Of a stretch of DNA of 64,000 nt, positions 26,074 through 39,752 are shown in pieces (the first letter of the stretch is position 1; each line of letters starts with the position of its first letter). The notes below the pieces were generated by a model. The model was not told the origin of the DNA and did not search any database. It saw only the letters and a list, made by a program, of their open reading frames with translations. Origin of the DNA: Phallusia mammillata (Eukaryota). The position numbers and the translations under genes were made by a program. The DNA lies in contig OZ281496.1 of the NCBI GenBank assembly GCA_965637545.1, positions 28,768,001 to 28,832,000 of the forward strand. Direction: 5' to 3'.

Positions 26074-27472
26074 AACCTACAACTATTCCATGCAAGTCAA
26101 ATCATACGCAGGCCGAAAGTCAAATGTAAAAAATCGTAGAAATATTTGTAAATACCACATACTGTTTAAACAGGAAACGACGATAAACACTTTCAGTCGT
26201 TTATTTACATTTCTTGTGCTTTCAAACGTTTCTGTAATTTAAAATATGGCTTTAACAAAGAGTTGAATCTTGGGCCTAAGTTTCGTGAAGCGTTCCAACA
26301 TTGATAATGGGTTCGAATCCCACCTCAGACTGGAATTCGTTTTGTACTGTTTAAGTTGAATTAAAGCCCTTATAATGTGAAAAATGGCTTGAACAGACTT
26401 GAATAAATTTTTTTATACGTTGTTGATACACAAATGTTCACTTGTAGTCTTGCCACACACCGATTCATGTCACTATAGCATGAAAACGACAATGATGTCA
26501 TTTTTTAAAGAAATTAACATCGTCTAACAAAAATCCTTCAGCACCCATTGTGTTCTTTTTGCTGATGTACTATTGTTGACTTATTTTACACAGAAACGCA
26601 GCCTTGCAAATGTACTGTAATTTAAACAATAATATGCTTCTATGCCTGAAGTGAAACATTTCTTGATAACTATACTATTTCGATTTTCAATTTATCACGT
26701 AGTCGCCGGTTTTGCCCGCTTTATGGGGTTTGTGTTTGTTTGTTTAGTGCTAAACTACAGTAAACTTGCATGAGTGAAAGACGTATGTCTAAACCGTTCT
26801 TAAATTCGCCATTGTTTGTTCAAGTGTGCCCACACATGTTTCTGTTAATAAACACACAATTTTTTGTATTCGTGTTTGTTGTTTCCCTAATAGGACGGAA
26901 AAAAAAACACAAGGTAAAACGGTCGGTTAAGTTAAATGATAAATCCAAAAACAGTTTGTATGCGCGTTTAGAGCATGTGTTGGGTTTGTTTCCTATAAAT
27001 ATGTCCCCAAGATGGCCAATTGGTCAGTGCAATTGCCTTGTGCGGAAGAGTTAGCAGGTGACATGTGTGCCTCGCTACAACATACAGCCGAAAATGTCTC
27101 GCTTGACAACGTGCTGGTTCAATTTCGGCGAAACACTATGCGTACTTATCAGTGCAACAAAAAAGGCCAAGCAAACTAGCCTTTAAATCACAAACTAAAG
27201 ATGCTTTGAGACTCGAACGTATAATATAGTATGATTCGGTATAGCGCCTTCAATGGCCCTGGCGTACTGTGATGTATAATATAGTATAATATAAATAGTA
27301 TAATATAATATAGGGGCTCGATAACACCATCAAGTGTACAATGTGAAAGCCTGTGGTAAAAACCGACAAGGCTCTTCGCCGATAATTGACCCATGAAGTA
27401 AGCCCTAATGTTTCCTTTAGGTTTTGACAAATCCAAACCTCGCTACAACGTTACAAATCAGATCAGTAAGTA

Positions 27473-29188
27473 CAGACGAATCCGGTTAATCGCATCATCG
27501 ATTTGCCACGGGTATTTGATGCGATTAACCGGATTATGCGATAATCCGGTTGCTATGTGAACAGTACACGCCGTTAACGAAAGTGCTCATTTTCACTTCC
27601 CCAGCTAAAACAAAGTTGCAGTGACGCTCAACTATGGCAACGGGGCAGTATTTTCTCTCTTTTGTTGCCGAGAATCGAAAAAAGTACTGTCAAGTCAAAA
27701 CTAGATTTATTACTCTCAGCGCAATGCATGACGTCATGCTTCCTAACTGTCGTGGCTATGGTGCAATCGCCTAAGTGTGTTGAAGAAACAGTAGAAACGC
27801 ACACACACACACACACACTCTTAGTTGGCGCGCACGCCACAGTTCGCTTGATTGTGCTTTCTCTTGCAGTAAGGTTTATTTGAAAAGATATGTTACATCG
27901 CATCGTAGCCAAGGGGCCCAACATTTAAATTTGGCAACTTCCCTATGAAGACGGTTTATGACGTTTTATTCTTGTTTTGGGTAGTTTCCCTTATAAATGT
28001 GCCAGGCGTCTCGCTTCATATACGCGTAAAATGGCCTGTTGTTTCTAACCTATTTCGTTTTCTAGTTCAAACCAACGCGTTAAGCGGCAAAGTGCTAGGT
28101 GCATATTTGTAAGCCCAAACCCGTACACGACCGAAACCTAGTCAAACTTACAACTTTGGCACATTTTACAGCGCAAGGGCGCTAAGGCGAGCTGCATCAT
28201 CAATTTCCTTTTATAACCCGTTATACAATTGACAAAAAGAATAATTGATTTTAGCAAAACTTTAAAGACTCAGATTGTGGCGCTACTTTCTAGCTTACTC
28301 AGCAAAACTACAGCTGCAAGACTAGCGTGACTGTCACGTGATCAACGTGTGATCGTTGCTTCAAAAATTTAAAGCAGCAACAAGTACTAGAGGAATAAAT
28401 GCCTTTTTTAATCGGTGTTCTTCCTGATAAGTTGCGCAAGGTCACGAACAGAAGACATAAAATATGTCAGTCGTTGGCACGTTACCAATTACGTGAATCT
28501 AAACAACGTCGTGTGATTACTTGCGATCTAACATTTTTTACAACCATTACGTGTTTGGCGGGTCATGAACAATATAACAGAAACATTTTTAAACATTTGT
28601 TTTACATTTAACATTGTTTAAATTTCAATACAGTTTAACACTTCGAATTTGATGCAGTTCGCACTTAGTAAGAAATTACAATCAGCGTCTTTGCCGGAAC
28701 ACCAGTTTCGTAATTTTGACGCGTTGAACTCTTCATTTAAATTTTAAACGCCTGTTATATCACTATTGGCGATTAGATAAGCCAATAAAAAAAGGATCAA
28801 TGTGCACGGCTTTGAGATAACGACTCCTTGTTATCGCACAGCGGTATCGAGACGTGTCATTTTCAACGTTGAAATTAGATGCGTTATTTGGTGTAGAATG
28901 CAACCATGCATCCACGTCTTTTCGTGTACATTACCTCCGGAGGATTTTACTATCATGTCGTCGTTTTTTATTCGAAAAACTCGGTCTGTTCGACTTTCAC
29001 ATAGAGATCATCAATCCGGTTAATCGCATATTTCGTTGAAAATCGATGCGAATATCCGGTTTATGCGATAAACCGGTATGCGATTATCCGGACGATTTTC
29101 TTAACAAACGACGGTTTGGGATTTTTAATTGTGATGCAATTAAACGGATTATGCGATTAACCGGTATGCGATTAACCGGATTCGTCTG
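27473..29188. mobile_element. Non-autonomous Tc1/mariner-pogo-like DNA transposon, about 1.7 kb
   Basis: TA-flanked perfect TIR CAGACGAATCCGGTTAATCGCAT ... ATGCGATTAACCGGATTCGTCTG; several subterminal TGCGATTAACCGG-like repeats at both ends; no transposase ORF; (CA)n near 27800. Confidence 0.85.
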
Positions 29189-29632
29189 TATTAGTTACAG
29201 TTACACGTGGTTACCCAAAGGCTGGACCGAATAAGTCAAATTGAATAACAGCGTATTTGCAAATTTCAGGTAACCTAAGCCTACCGGTGATTTCTTGGCT
29301 GAAATATTCACCACCTCAGTTTGTTTATTGTATGGCAAAATCGTAACAACACAAAAGGTACCGAAACGCTCTTAGTTCTATAAACTAGGAGACTAATACC
29401 TACTGCAATTGCAGGAATTAAAACAGTAGAAATGCAATACACATACTTGGGTACCTAAATCACAGCGTAAAATAAAAGATGAATTTTCAATAACGTAAAT
29501 CTCAAGAACTTGCAATAAAATACAAACTACTTAACCAATTGACTTATTGCACATAGTCGTTAAATGTATCCAAGAAAATTGCTTCGTCGCAAATAATTAC
29601 AAATACAAGCTGGTGGGCAGAAAACTGGACGT

Positions 29633-32600
29633 TTAGGCCTCAGGGCTGTACATCACCTTCTGATCAGCAACAGAAACAGTGGAAGGTGTGCATTCGGACG
29701 GTTTTTCACCCTGGGTAAAATATAGGGGTTCTGTAAGGTGTGTACACAGTTTTGTTTAGGTCGATCACAGTTTTAGGAAGTCCGGTGCAAAATGGGATCA
29801 AATCTTGTCTGCAGAAAAATCTGCTTCGTTGTTAGTTATAATCTTTTCATGTTTCTTCACTTGCCAAGTTCGTATCCTTATCCTCTTTGTTCAATCTTGC
29901 TCATTTGCATTTTTCCCTTCTCAAAATCTTGCTCCCTTGCAATTTTCTCTTTAAAATCTTGCTCCCATTTCTCACTACTCTTTGCAAAGCCAAAAGCCAT
30001 TTTTTACCCTAACCCAGTGGTTCTCAAACTTTTTTTTTGTTGCAACGCCTCTGGAAAAGTTTTCTGGACTCGCGACGCACCATCACATAAAAGTTAATGA
30101 GGAAACTTATTATTAAAGTTGTGTTTATTGATACAACAACAAAAAGCCACGAAACGGAAATATTCTGCGACGCCCTTGGTAAATTGAAACGACGCACCAG
30201 GGCGTCGCGACGCACAGTTTGAGAACTACTGCCCTAACCCAACTGCACCCTTTTCACAGGACATGCAGATTCAATCTTCCTCGAAACTGATCTTTCCATT
30301 TGCGTGCCAAACAACCAATTTACACTTTTTACGACAATTTTGTGCTTTTATGTATCTTAAGCGCTAAATTACCTCACGATAAAACGTCATCGCGGGTAGA
30401 TGTGAGAAGATGCATGACAAACTCCCACAGCGTATGGCGTAACTATAATAAGCAGATAACAGAATTGAATTGCAGTCAAAAATACCCGGATCATTTCAGT
30501 CAGATATTATACAACGGATACCCTTCTTGGTGCTTTGAGCAAACTGTTTAAGCTGCTTCTCTTGATGCTTGTGCACTGGTTGCTGCTTTGGTATTCTGAT
30601 CACTGCAACCTGACTTAGATTGTGCATTTACCCAACGAGTCTCTGCCGAGGCGTGTTACTGTTTGCTAGCTCCCGAGGATCTGTTTTGAAATTATGTAGT
30701 CTACCTTGCCTTCTTCAAATTCTGATGTTTTGTAATTTCTGCACTTGGTATTCGAAAACTTTTGCGCTGCTTTCAGCTACGAACAGTATGCCTTTTATTT
30801 TAACGCAACGGCGCCTTTCCGTGTAAATCAGACAACAAATTCGCTTATTTTTCTGCAAAATACTACACTCTTATCTACCCAAAAAATGGTCTGAGCAAAA
30901 ACTATGAAAATATTTAACCTGTGTTATGAAAAGTATAGGTTTCAATTTTGTCACGTTAAGAACGGTACACAAAAAGTCAAATCTCTTATGTCAAAACGTA
31001 CCTGGTAAGTTTCACAGATCAAACTCAAGAGGTCATTAGTTGCCGCCGATTGAATTTCATCACTGTGAACCTAAGTCAAAAGAATAAGCCATTTAAGAAA
31101 TGATGAAGGCTGTCCTGCTTAAAGACACTGTTGCGCAGGATTAAGAGGCTCTCTTTGAAAGCGAAGAGTATTAAAGCTCTGAGGTGCCAATGGCGCTCGA
31201 TAAATACACTCCATTCTACCACTATGTTCGGACAGCTTGATATATTGCGTAAAATGTGTAATTTTAATCGTTCAGAAGCGTTTAAAATGCGTGTATGTTC
31301 TATTTATCATGATCCTCGGTTGGTGGGCAGCATTTGAACGCATTATGCTCACTAATATGTTTAGTTTTTAACGGAGTTGCTGCAGCCCATAATCATCTGT
31401 CCATCAATTTTAAATTTTATTTGGCAATAACGCCTAAAAGTTGCGCAGACGTATAAAGTATAGTTGACTTCTTTTAGTTCACAACTTATCGAATTCCATT
31501 CAGGATGGAGAAAAGGTTGTTTAAGTTCCTTACTCAAGGAGATACAAGTGATAAATACAACCTACAACCTTGTGATTAAAAGGCGGTTGTGTGAACCATT
31601 CGGCGAAATATTTTTTATTTTTAATAATGTATATGGACTTACTACTTACCAGGCATAGCCATGTCTAAAGATACATATTGGTTCAATATTACCTACCCCA
31701 TTTATTACAATCCATGGTACCCAGTTAAGCTTGGGTTCGAGTGCTTTGGTTTCCACGCCTGCTGTGTGAAGGAGATCATTTCCTTCAGGTCCCAATGCAC
31801 AAGTGTTGATTGTATCCCAACTGTATCCACCGTCAGTTATGCACTAATAAAGGAGTTTTTCATGTGCCTTTATATTGTATAGTTATAGCATAGCATACAT
31901 TGAAGATGGGAAGAAAAGTTTTACACTCTTAATTACACCAACTTGGCGTAAAAGAAAGACAATACACAATAACTTGAGTCATTATAAGGATTATTTAACA
32001 ATCCCTGAATCTTCACTGGATTTAACTAGACATACTTTATGTAACTTAATTCTTACTTTGTTTGCTGCAGCTACTGGATCACTTGCAGATTCCATACATT
32101 GAACAATTGGCAAATAGGAATGGGGATTATTGTCGCTGTATTTAATCAGACAATTCTGTGAAGCAATTTTCAATCATTATAATTTGTTTGGGTGTACTTC
32201 AATACAGAAAACCCTTTACTTAAGGGACCTGAACTTAGTTAATCAGACTAAGTCCTGTATTAATTGCATCAATCACCTACAAATAGCTAGAACATGTTTT
32301 ACAGGAAATTGCAACATTATGATGGACTTTGGCACCATGTGATCAACAGCAAACATTCTTATCTTGGACATATTGCCAGAAGACGAAAGGCAAATATTTC
32401 GTACTGCATTAAGTCAACTATGAAGTGTTTTCAGTAAACACAAGCCTTAACAGTATGACAAATGGTCAACCATACCTTCTGTTAGTAATAAATTTTGAGT
32501 AGTTTACACTAAACCATGACTGCCAGAGAGTTTGTGTTTAAGTTAGTGCAGAAGTTGTCATTATCAGGGCAACTTTCTGGCAGTTATATTTTGATTAAAG

Positions 32601-33777
32601 GATCAAATGTACAAAATGCAATCCAAAACACTGAATACCTCAATAGAATTTCCATAGCATTCTTTTTTGCCATGTTGGCATGAAAACTTGTATGAGCCAT
32701 CATCTTGTTTTACGTACTACACACAAAAAAGTGATTAACAGACAGGTGCTACTGCCGGAAAGTGGTACAACACAAGGAAATGTATCCATACATCAATAGT
32801 ACTAAATTTAAGGAAGTTGTGGTTTGTCACAGGACTAGCATATGTCCAACTGGCCGATATTGTGCCAACAAGTGCTGGACTTTTTAATAGTTTTGTCACT
32901 TTCGACTAGTTATCATATTGAAGTGGGTGACAAAGATTTGTTTTTCCCTGCAATGTTTAATTGCTCCGTACTGATGTGTGTACAAATGTTAAAAATTTAC
33001 TGTTTTTATCACAAGACCACAGGAACCGCTGCAAACTATTGATGCATCCCACAACATTGACTTGGAAAATCAAACACTAAAGATGTAATTTTTAAATATT
33101 AGATCTAGTTTATAGAAAATGCAAAAAATATTTAGATCTACACACACAAATTTGCATTTGGAGAAGTTTATCAGACAAAAATGTGAATTCAAGCAACTTA
33201 CGAAAGCTTTCCCAAAGGGTACAATCTTAACATTCATAATGCCAGTGCTTTCCAACTTTTCCCATGTTGGATAAAGCATTGTGGTAATAAAACGAATTGA
33301 ATCTGGGCAAAGGGATTCAAAGTAAACATCAACTTGAACTGGAGCATCACTGGCCATAGGGAAAAGTCTATTGGCACATGCACTAAGAACCTGTAAAATA
33401 TTTAAAATGCTTCAGCATTTGTCATCATAGAATGTATTTTCATAGCTTAAAGTCAGATGCTGGCTTGTTGCAGTCTAGAGGTTAAGATACAATAACTGTG
33501 GTTAACTTTTATTCTCTGTAAGTCTAGATACCTTATTACTTTAAAATAGTAAGATTAAATTGGTTAACATTTGCACACAAAAATCTATTAAATTTTGGTT
33601 TACATTTGGTTTTTGGCAGTGAAGTACAGGTAAAGATGCTAAAATTTAACAGATACTTACTCCACATTTTTTTGCCATTGAAAAGCTGTCACACCAAAAT
33701 CTGGGAGCAACTTTGCACTCACTAGCAAAGGCACATGTAGCCACAGCACTCAACAGGATAATGAATTTCAAGGACAT
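29633..33777 (-). CDS. IFI30: Gamma-interferon-inducible lysosomal thiol reductase with an N-terminal saposin-A-like motif, 258 aa, 7 exons
   Basis: Exons 33661-33777, 33202-33390, 32639-32716, 32057-32155, 31697-31843, 31002-31070 and 29633-29710 (all phase 0, 777 nt). Signal peptide, CKVAPRFWCDS..AKKC, active site VYFESLCPDS, GILT signature CQHGKKECYGN, and WVPWIVING. Confidence 0.95.
30015..30231. mobile_element. hAT (Charlie-like) MITE, 217 bp, in the last GILT intron
   Basis: Same family as 14799-15000; TIR CAGTGGTTCTCAAAC; perfect TSD CCCTAACC (30007-30014 and 30232-30239). Confidence 0.92.
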
Positions 33778-34375
33778 CTTGTTTTAATGATATTTCTTTC
33801 AATCACAACAGTTAAGTAATAATCAACATAAAAAGTCTACAATGGTAAACAATACAAAAAATAATAGAAGACTTGATATTGTACATTAGCAAAACAAATA
33901 ATCACTGGTGTCTTGGACATTTTAACTTTTATTACCAAACGTCGTAACAACGCAATACATGCACATTGTACATATGCCAGACCAGTCAGTTCAAGTATGA
34001 CATCGTTCGTCGTACCCGGAAACACGTTTACAAAGTTGAAATTGAAATGCAGACATTGATATTATTTTTAATGCGTTACGTCGCAAGCTGGCTTCTCCAG
34101 TCTTCACAGCTTTGCAATAAGGGCAATGCTGCACCTCTTGCTACCGTGTTGACTTGTTAAACACTGCCCCTTTAAACCATTTTTTCCGTGCACAACTGTA
34201 ATCACTTCAGCTCGTGATCTCGGAAATCTCGTGTTGTTGACAATGACAAATTAGAATGATGCGGCAAAATTAAAGTTTAGCTGCGTCATTCATAGAGGTC
34301 AAAGTTTAATGGTGAAGCATATTATCCCTGGGCAACATTTTAAATAAATTAAAACAAAAGCTTTTGTAATAAAAT

Positions 34376-36282
34376 TTATTTACAGTAACGCATACGACAA
34401 CAGTCCAATAAACAAAAAATAAATGACTCCATCTTCCGTGCAAGTGAACTTCCTTCACCTTTCAGTAAAAGAGCACTGCAAAGGAAATCAATTTTTTTGT
34501 TACTTTGATTAGCCTACATGATAGCCAAAAGTTAACAGTTTGTTCCGAGGGCCATGATGCTGTCTTATTGAAATTAAATGATAGAAATGGCATCCTAAAG
34601 TAAAATTGCAAAATATCCGCTACGCCGCAACAGACGCGAGTGAAAGAAAGAAGGCAATACATCTGTTCGGTATAGGCATGCAAGGAAACGTTAAACATAA
34701 TGAAATCGCTACACGATCCTACACTTACCTTCTATCACTTTATTTTCTGTTTGGAGTTTAAACTGGTCCACATCAGTTCGTGAAATAAGGTTACCACGGA
34801 GACTAATAACATCCTGCCACATAAAAACACCAGTCATTAACTCAGTATTGCATGTAGTCATGTTAAATTAAATTGCTGTACCATTGTACCGGTCATGTTG
34901 CTAACTCCTTCTATAATGCACTCTAAGTGGGATGTAGAAAGAAAGCAATGTCCCAAGTCCATTTTCTTTACTTGTTTTTCGAGAAGCAGACGCTTTAACA
35001 AAATCGCACCATCCTGGCCAATATTTGTGCCTCGCAGGTTTAGTTCTTCAATCTGCACCAATTAAAGCAATATGAGAAAGTGGTGCAAAGCAAACAGTGC
35101 ACACTGTTTCCACCCATAAGGTCTTTATTAGTGCAGTTGGTGACAAGGTATAGGCCGTGTTGGCTAGTGTAGTCATCTATGTCTTGTAACCAGCTGCACA
35201 TTTACAGAATGTTATTTAAGTAAAAACGGTTTCTTTTGTTTTACATAACTTGCCCCAATTCGTCAGATCTATTTTACCGTACCCGTAGTCTGTAGTCTGT
35301 CGCTGTATAGTACCAAGGAGGGCAACAACGATAGACGGATTATTTACAAACTTACCACAGTGCCTGTCATCTTTATCAAACTATCCACAATCATTGTTAG
35401 CTGCGTCAAAGTAAAACCGCAATCCCAGATTGTTAAACTGTCAACTTGTTTCCGCCGCAAAAGAGCTTTGATCAAAGCACAACCTTCTATTCCGATGTTT
35501 AAACTGTTCCGAAAAACAATGGTAGTGGTCTGCAAACAAAAGTATGCATCATGTTCGGGTCAGTCCCAAAATTTCTTCAAGTAGAACAGAAGCCATTAGT
35601 GGATTATTTAGGTACAGTTTCTCGTGCAAGTTGTTACAGACGCCTGATTATAATCAGATAATTATCAGCCAACCCTAATCCACATTCAGAATAGAAGTAA
35701 AATACCGAAAGCAACTGCGCTTTTAAACGCTTCGTTTGTACAGAAGTGTGGAAGGCAAATTGATTTTCCTAACATAAGCTAACTGGACGTACCAAAGCAT
35801 CATGTTTGGCGAAGAACCAATAGGAAAACACAAACAAGACGTTAGTGACAACAATAAATGTAACCTTGGTTATGTGTAACATTTCACTGTTGAACCACTG
35901 GTATAAAAAAGATAAAAATAATACTTAAGCAGTGTCTCTGTTTTGGTACCTCATCGGTTAAGACTTGTTTTATCTGAAACAATTCTTCATGACGTAACTT
36001 GCAGTCTGCGAAATTGACTTCTTTCAAATCTTTGCTCTTGATTAAGTCGAGCAGTATGTTGTTGCCTCGGTCGCCCAGCTTAAGTCTTGGGCCCAGATCT
36101 AAGCGGTCAACCTTTTGAAAGTATACCACAACATTTGAGCAACTCTCAAAGACGAGCAGCAGTGTATAATACTTACGTCTTGTGAATAGGCCTTGAGCAT
36201 GCACTGTATAGCATACTGCTGCATGGTGCATTTGAATAGCTCTCTCGTTTTGGCGCCTTTAATCATCTTGTCGATTTTTTTG
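34376..36282 (-). CDS. Leucine-rich repeat protein (RI/NLR-type LRR exons) with a Cys-rich C-terminus; 5' end unresolved
   Basis: Phase-0 exons 35950-36111, 35356-35529 and 34882-35052 each encode one 54-58 aa repeat unit (e.g. IEELNLRGTNIGQDGAILLKRLL...MDLGHCFL). Exons 34729-34813 and 34376-34458 end in FCLLDCCRMRYCK*. A probable upstream exon spans about 36177-36282. Confidence 0.7.
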
Positions 36283-36610
36283 CTTTTAAATGCATACAAC
36301 CATAAACGCTACACTGTCAGGCAGTTGATACCTGTAGACTCTACCAGTACTCCAACACACATTAAGCTTCGATAGAAAACAACACAGCAGCAACGGAACC
36401 AGTTATGATTCATTCTGTTTTCATTCATTCAATCGGTTTCATCTGTCCGGCTTGCTTTGCGAGGGCGGTGTACGTCAACAAATTGACGTTGCATGCTCCT
36501 GTCACCCAAGACAATACTCATTTCAAGACAGGCCAAGTCTGTAAATTTCGTAAGGTTATTTTTTGGAATATGAACTAAGTTATTTGGAGTTTTTTTAAAT
36601 GAAGTTTATT

Positions 36611-36670
36611 ATTACCCCGAATGAGACGCCGAAACGTCGGGCGAGTTGTTTATAAATGCCGGTTAAGGAA
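36611..36670 (+). repeat. Hammerhead-bearing repeat relic (copy 5), opposite orientation, 5' core deleted
   Basis: ATTACCC..ATGAGACGCC-GAAACGTC-GGG; the 3' stem II arm is perfectly complementary to the GGCGTCTCA arm of copy 3. Confidence 0.5.
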
Positions 36671-37607
36671 GATAAAATGTTTATGAAATAGGCCTGGCAA
36701 CAACACTATATTTATTAAACTTTACTATATATTTCCACCTTTTCCGGGTCAGACGCGTGGGCCGAAAGGTTTGCGTGTCGGAACTGTTAACTTATACGTT
36801 CACCATTTGATATATTATGTCTGCAGCAATGTTCAGAAAGTTTTTTTGTAGGGGAATGTCCTTTTGTATGTCTGGCATAAGTCATTATATCTCGAAACGG
36901 ACAAACATTGATCTGTAAAGTAAATATAAAATGCCAATGGTAAGCATCTCAGTAAATAGCTTTTATAAAAAAAACTGCAGCGACCATCAAAGTAGTCCAC
37001 AGTAAACGTGTCCACTCCGATATATGTTTAGCATCTGGAAATTTTAAAGCAATTATAGGCTTCTATATAAAGTCTTTTTCACAAGAATCGTGGTAATAAA
37101 CTTCAAAATTAATCACCCTGAAGGCTACAGACAATCAACAACAGATGATTACATTCGCACGACGCTTGACATGTGCAATTACTCAGTCTAACAAAATAGA
37201 CAGCAATTTAGATAGGAAGTTGTGTATGCTGGTCCAACTGCAAGTGAATGACCAGTTGTGCGCAGCGTCTGGTCAAATGTATTAAAGCGCGACTTTTTAC
37301 GATGGACATTTAAAAACAAATTCGGGTAAATGACAGAGGCGATGTGGGAGACATCAGTTAAAACCTGAAAGTATCAGTTTGGACTATGCTGGCATTTTTT
37401 TATTACTTTTCAGATGGTGAAAAAAATCTTGAACCAGAACTTGAGTTGCGACGTAATATTTGTAAAACCCGGTTTTGTGAAAGATAATGCATATCGGCGG
37501 TTGTTATTGTTCTCAAAGGACGATTTGGTGTTCATAAACAATTTGTTACGTTCAAATCCAGGATTAGGGGTTTCGTGTTTGTTGGACTAAAACGCGATAA
37601 ACATACA

Positions 37608-38814
37608 ATGCTGTCTGTGATAACCGATAACTTAGTAGCGTTTCTGTTAACATGGGTTGTTCTGACTTTGGTTTACAAATGGTGCAAAAAACCTCATCGT
37701 AATTTTTCGCCTGAGCCCATAGGAGTTCCACTGCTGGGGGTTCTGCCTTATCTGGGAGATAAGCCACAAGAAACTGTCAGGCAATGGACGAAACGGTACG
37801 GACCTGTTATGTCAATCAGAATGGGCTTGGAAGACGTCGTGGTACTTAATTCCTACGAGGCAATATACCAGGTATAGTTCAATAAGTTTTGGGGATATTG
37901 TTGTGCAAAGTAGTAAATTCATAGATGAAAACACCCTTGGGGAAAACAAAATCATTCAGTTTGAGTTTCAGGTGAAAGAATATATATTTTGCCTAAATGA
38001 CACCATCAGTTGCCAAACATCCATTACAAAGATCAAACTGGCACGAACGTAATAAAAAAATTCACTGGGGTAAAACGTTTTCATTTTGAATACTAAAGGA
38101 GCATGCAAGTAGCTTCTTCTTGTGTACCACAAGTCACAAGTTGGAGGACAGTAAAAACACAAACACACATTATCTTGTCTGTGCAGGGATATGTAAAGTA
38201 AGCAAACAACTTTTCCGGAAGACCCTCGAATGGTATCTTGCAACTAGTTTTTCTCAACTCGGGGGTGTCGTTCAAACCGTACGACAGCGATTACAAATGC
38301 CAGAAGAAGTTCCTTTTGAAATCATTTAAAGAGTAAGCTATAGTTGAAATCTAAAATCAACCTAGAAAATGTTGCTGTATTTCTACGTGGTAGTTGCGGG
38401 GTCGGAAAACTGGCGGTGGATGAACTAATAAATGAGGAAGCAGATATCTTTAACGAGTACCTGGAGGACAAGGAAGGCCAACTGATAATCCTTTAATTTT
38501 TTTTTCATTTATAGATAATTCCTAACTTTCATGCTGTCCACATGGATCCTGCAATATGGCCACAACCTGATCAGTTCGATCCTTACCGGCATATCGACGA
38601 AGAAGGAAAATTTGTGCATTCCCACAAAATTATACCGTTCTCATTAGGACCAAGATTCTGTCCAGGAGAACAACTAGCGCGAGTTGAAGCTTATATTTAC
38701 TTTGCAAAGCTCCTTCAGAAATACAAGATCCTTCCAGGAGACCAGCCCCCGAATATTGATGGGATCACTTCGGTGGTTCATTTTCCAAAAACCTTTAGAA
38801 TCGAACAACGTTAA
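37608..38814 (+). pseudogene. CYP2-clan P450 pseudogene A (nonsense codon plus deletion of exons 4-8)
   Basis: Exon 1 is 37608-37871, with the PPGP hinge mutated to SPEP. Exon 2 (38187-38332) has TAA at 38199-38201 where paralogs have CAA. Exon 3 starts at 38394, breaks off at about 38487 and runs into the intron-8 tail and exon 9 (38515-38814). Confidence 0.9.
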
Positions 38815-39667
38815 CGTGGTATTATACGTGACCTGTATGTGTCCCAATATTTACAACTACTACTAAGATCACCCAACGTATGTATATGATTTGCAAACAA
38901 CATGTTGCCAAGATACCCATTAACAATCTGCACTCATCTGTAGAGGATAAACGATGAGCAACGAGAAAACACTCTCCAATCATGAAAGTTTGTGGTGGAT
39001 ACCAAAACCTCTTCGGCTTTAACACTTCTATTGACTGAACTTCGCTGCATATAAATAAAGTGTCGTAAAGTATAAATTATCCCACCAAAGGCTCAATATA
39101 TACTGCGGCATCTGTATGTTTACTGGTGTTAACATTTATTTGGATAAAACAACAGGCAATCGATCAACATTCTGGCGCAGCTTTGTTGTTTACACCGCAG
39201 CCATAGTTTCAGGCTGTTTTAGCATCGGTTTTTAGCTAAGCAGACCGAAACACCTCACAGTAATTAAATCGGCAGTTCTGCATAAAATTGTATTTGGAAA
39301 TAAAGTTAAGTTCCTGTATAAAATCTTGTTTACGAGAATTGTGGTAATTAGTTTGCAGATTTTTGTAGCTCCAGTCTGCAGACAATCAACAACAAATGAG
39401 CGCATTCGCACGATTTCTGACACGTTTACTTACCCTAACCCAAAATAGACTGGAACCAGACACGAAGTTATGTATGTTGGCCAAAGTCGAGTAGATTAGC
39501 AAGTTTTGCGCAACCTCGGGTCAAGTATATTAAAGCTCGTGGCTTTTTTGACATTTGGAACCATTTCGGACCAATAAGAGAGTACAGACTTAGTGTAAAA
39601 CTTTCAGTTTTAGGGTTGTACGATTTTTAAAGTGTGATACCAGAAGTATTAGTTTTGGATTATACTC

Positions 39668-39752
39668 CTCTGTGATAACCGATAACTTAATAGTGTTTAT
39701 GTTAGGCAATGGACAAAAAAGTACAGACGAGTCATGTCAATCAAAATGGAAA
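39668..39752 (+). pseudogene. Collapsed CYP exon-1 relic
   Basis: TCTGTGATAACCGATAACTTA (start of exon 1) is joined almost directly to AGGCAATGGAC...ATGTCAATCAAAATGG (late exon 1). Confidence 0.7.

Noticed and set aside
26309-26321. GGGTTCGAATCCC T-arm motifs (also 42651, 43482, 44003, 48200, 48717) as tRNA genes
   Set aside because: No D-arm, anticodon arm or acceptor stem; treated as SINE fragments.
31099-31182. ATGATGA...CTGA box C/D snoRNA-like motif pair
   Set aside because: Antisense to the host GILT intron, with no terminal stem or evident rRNA guide; expected by chance.
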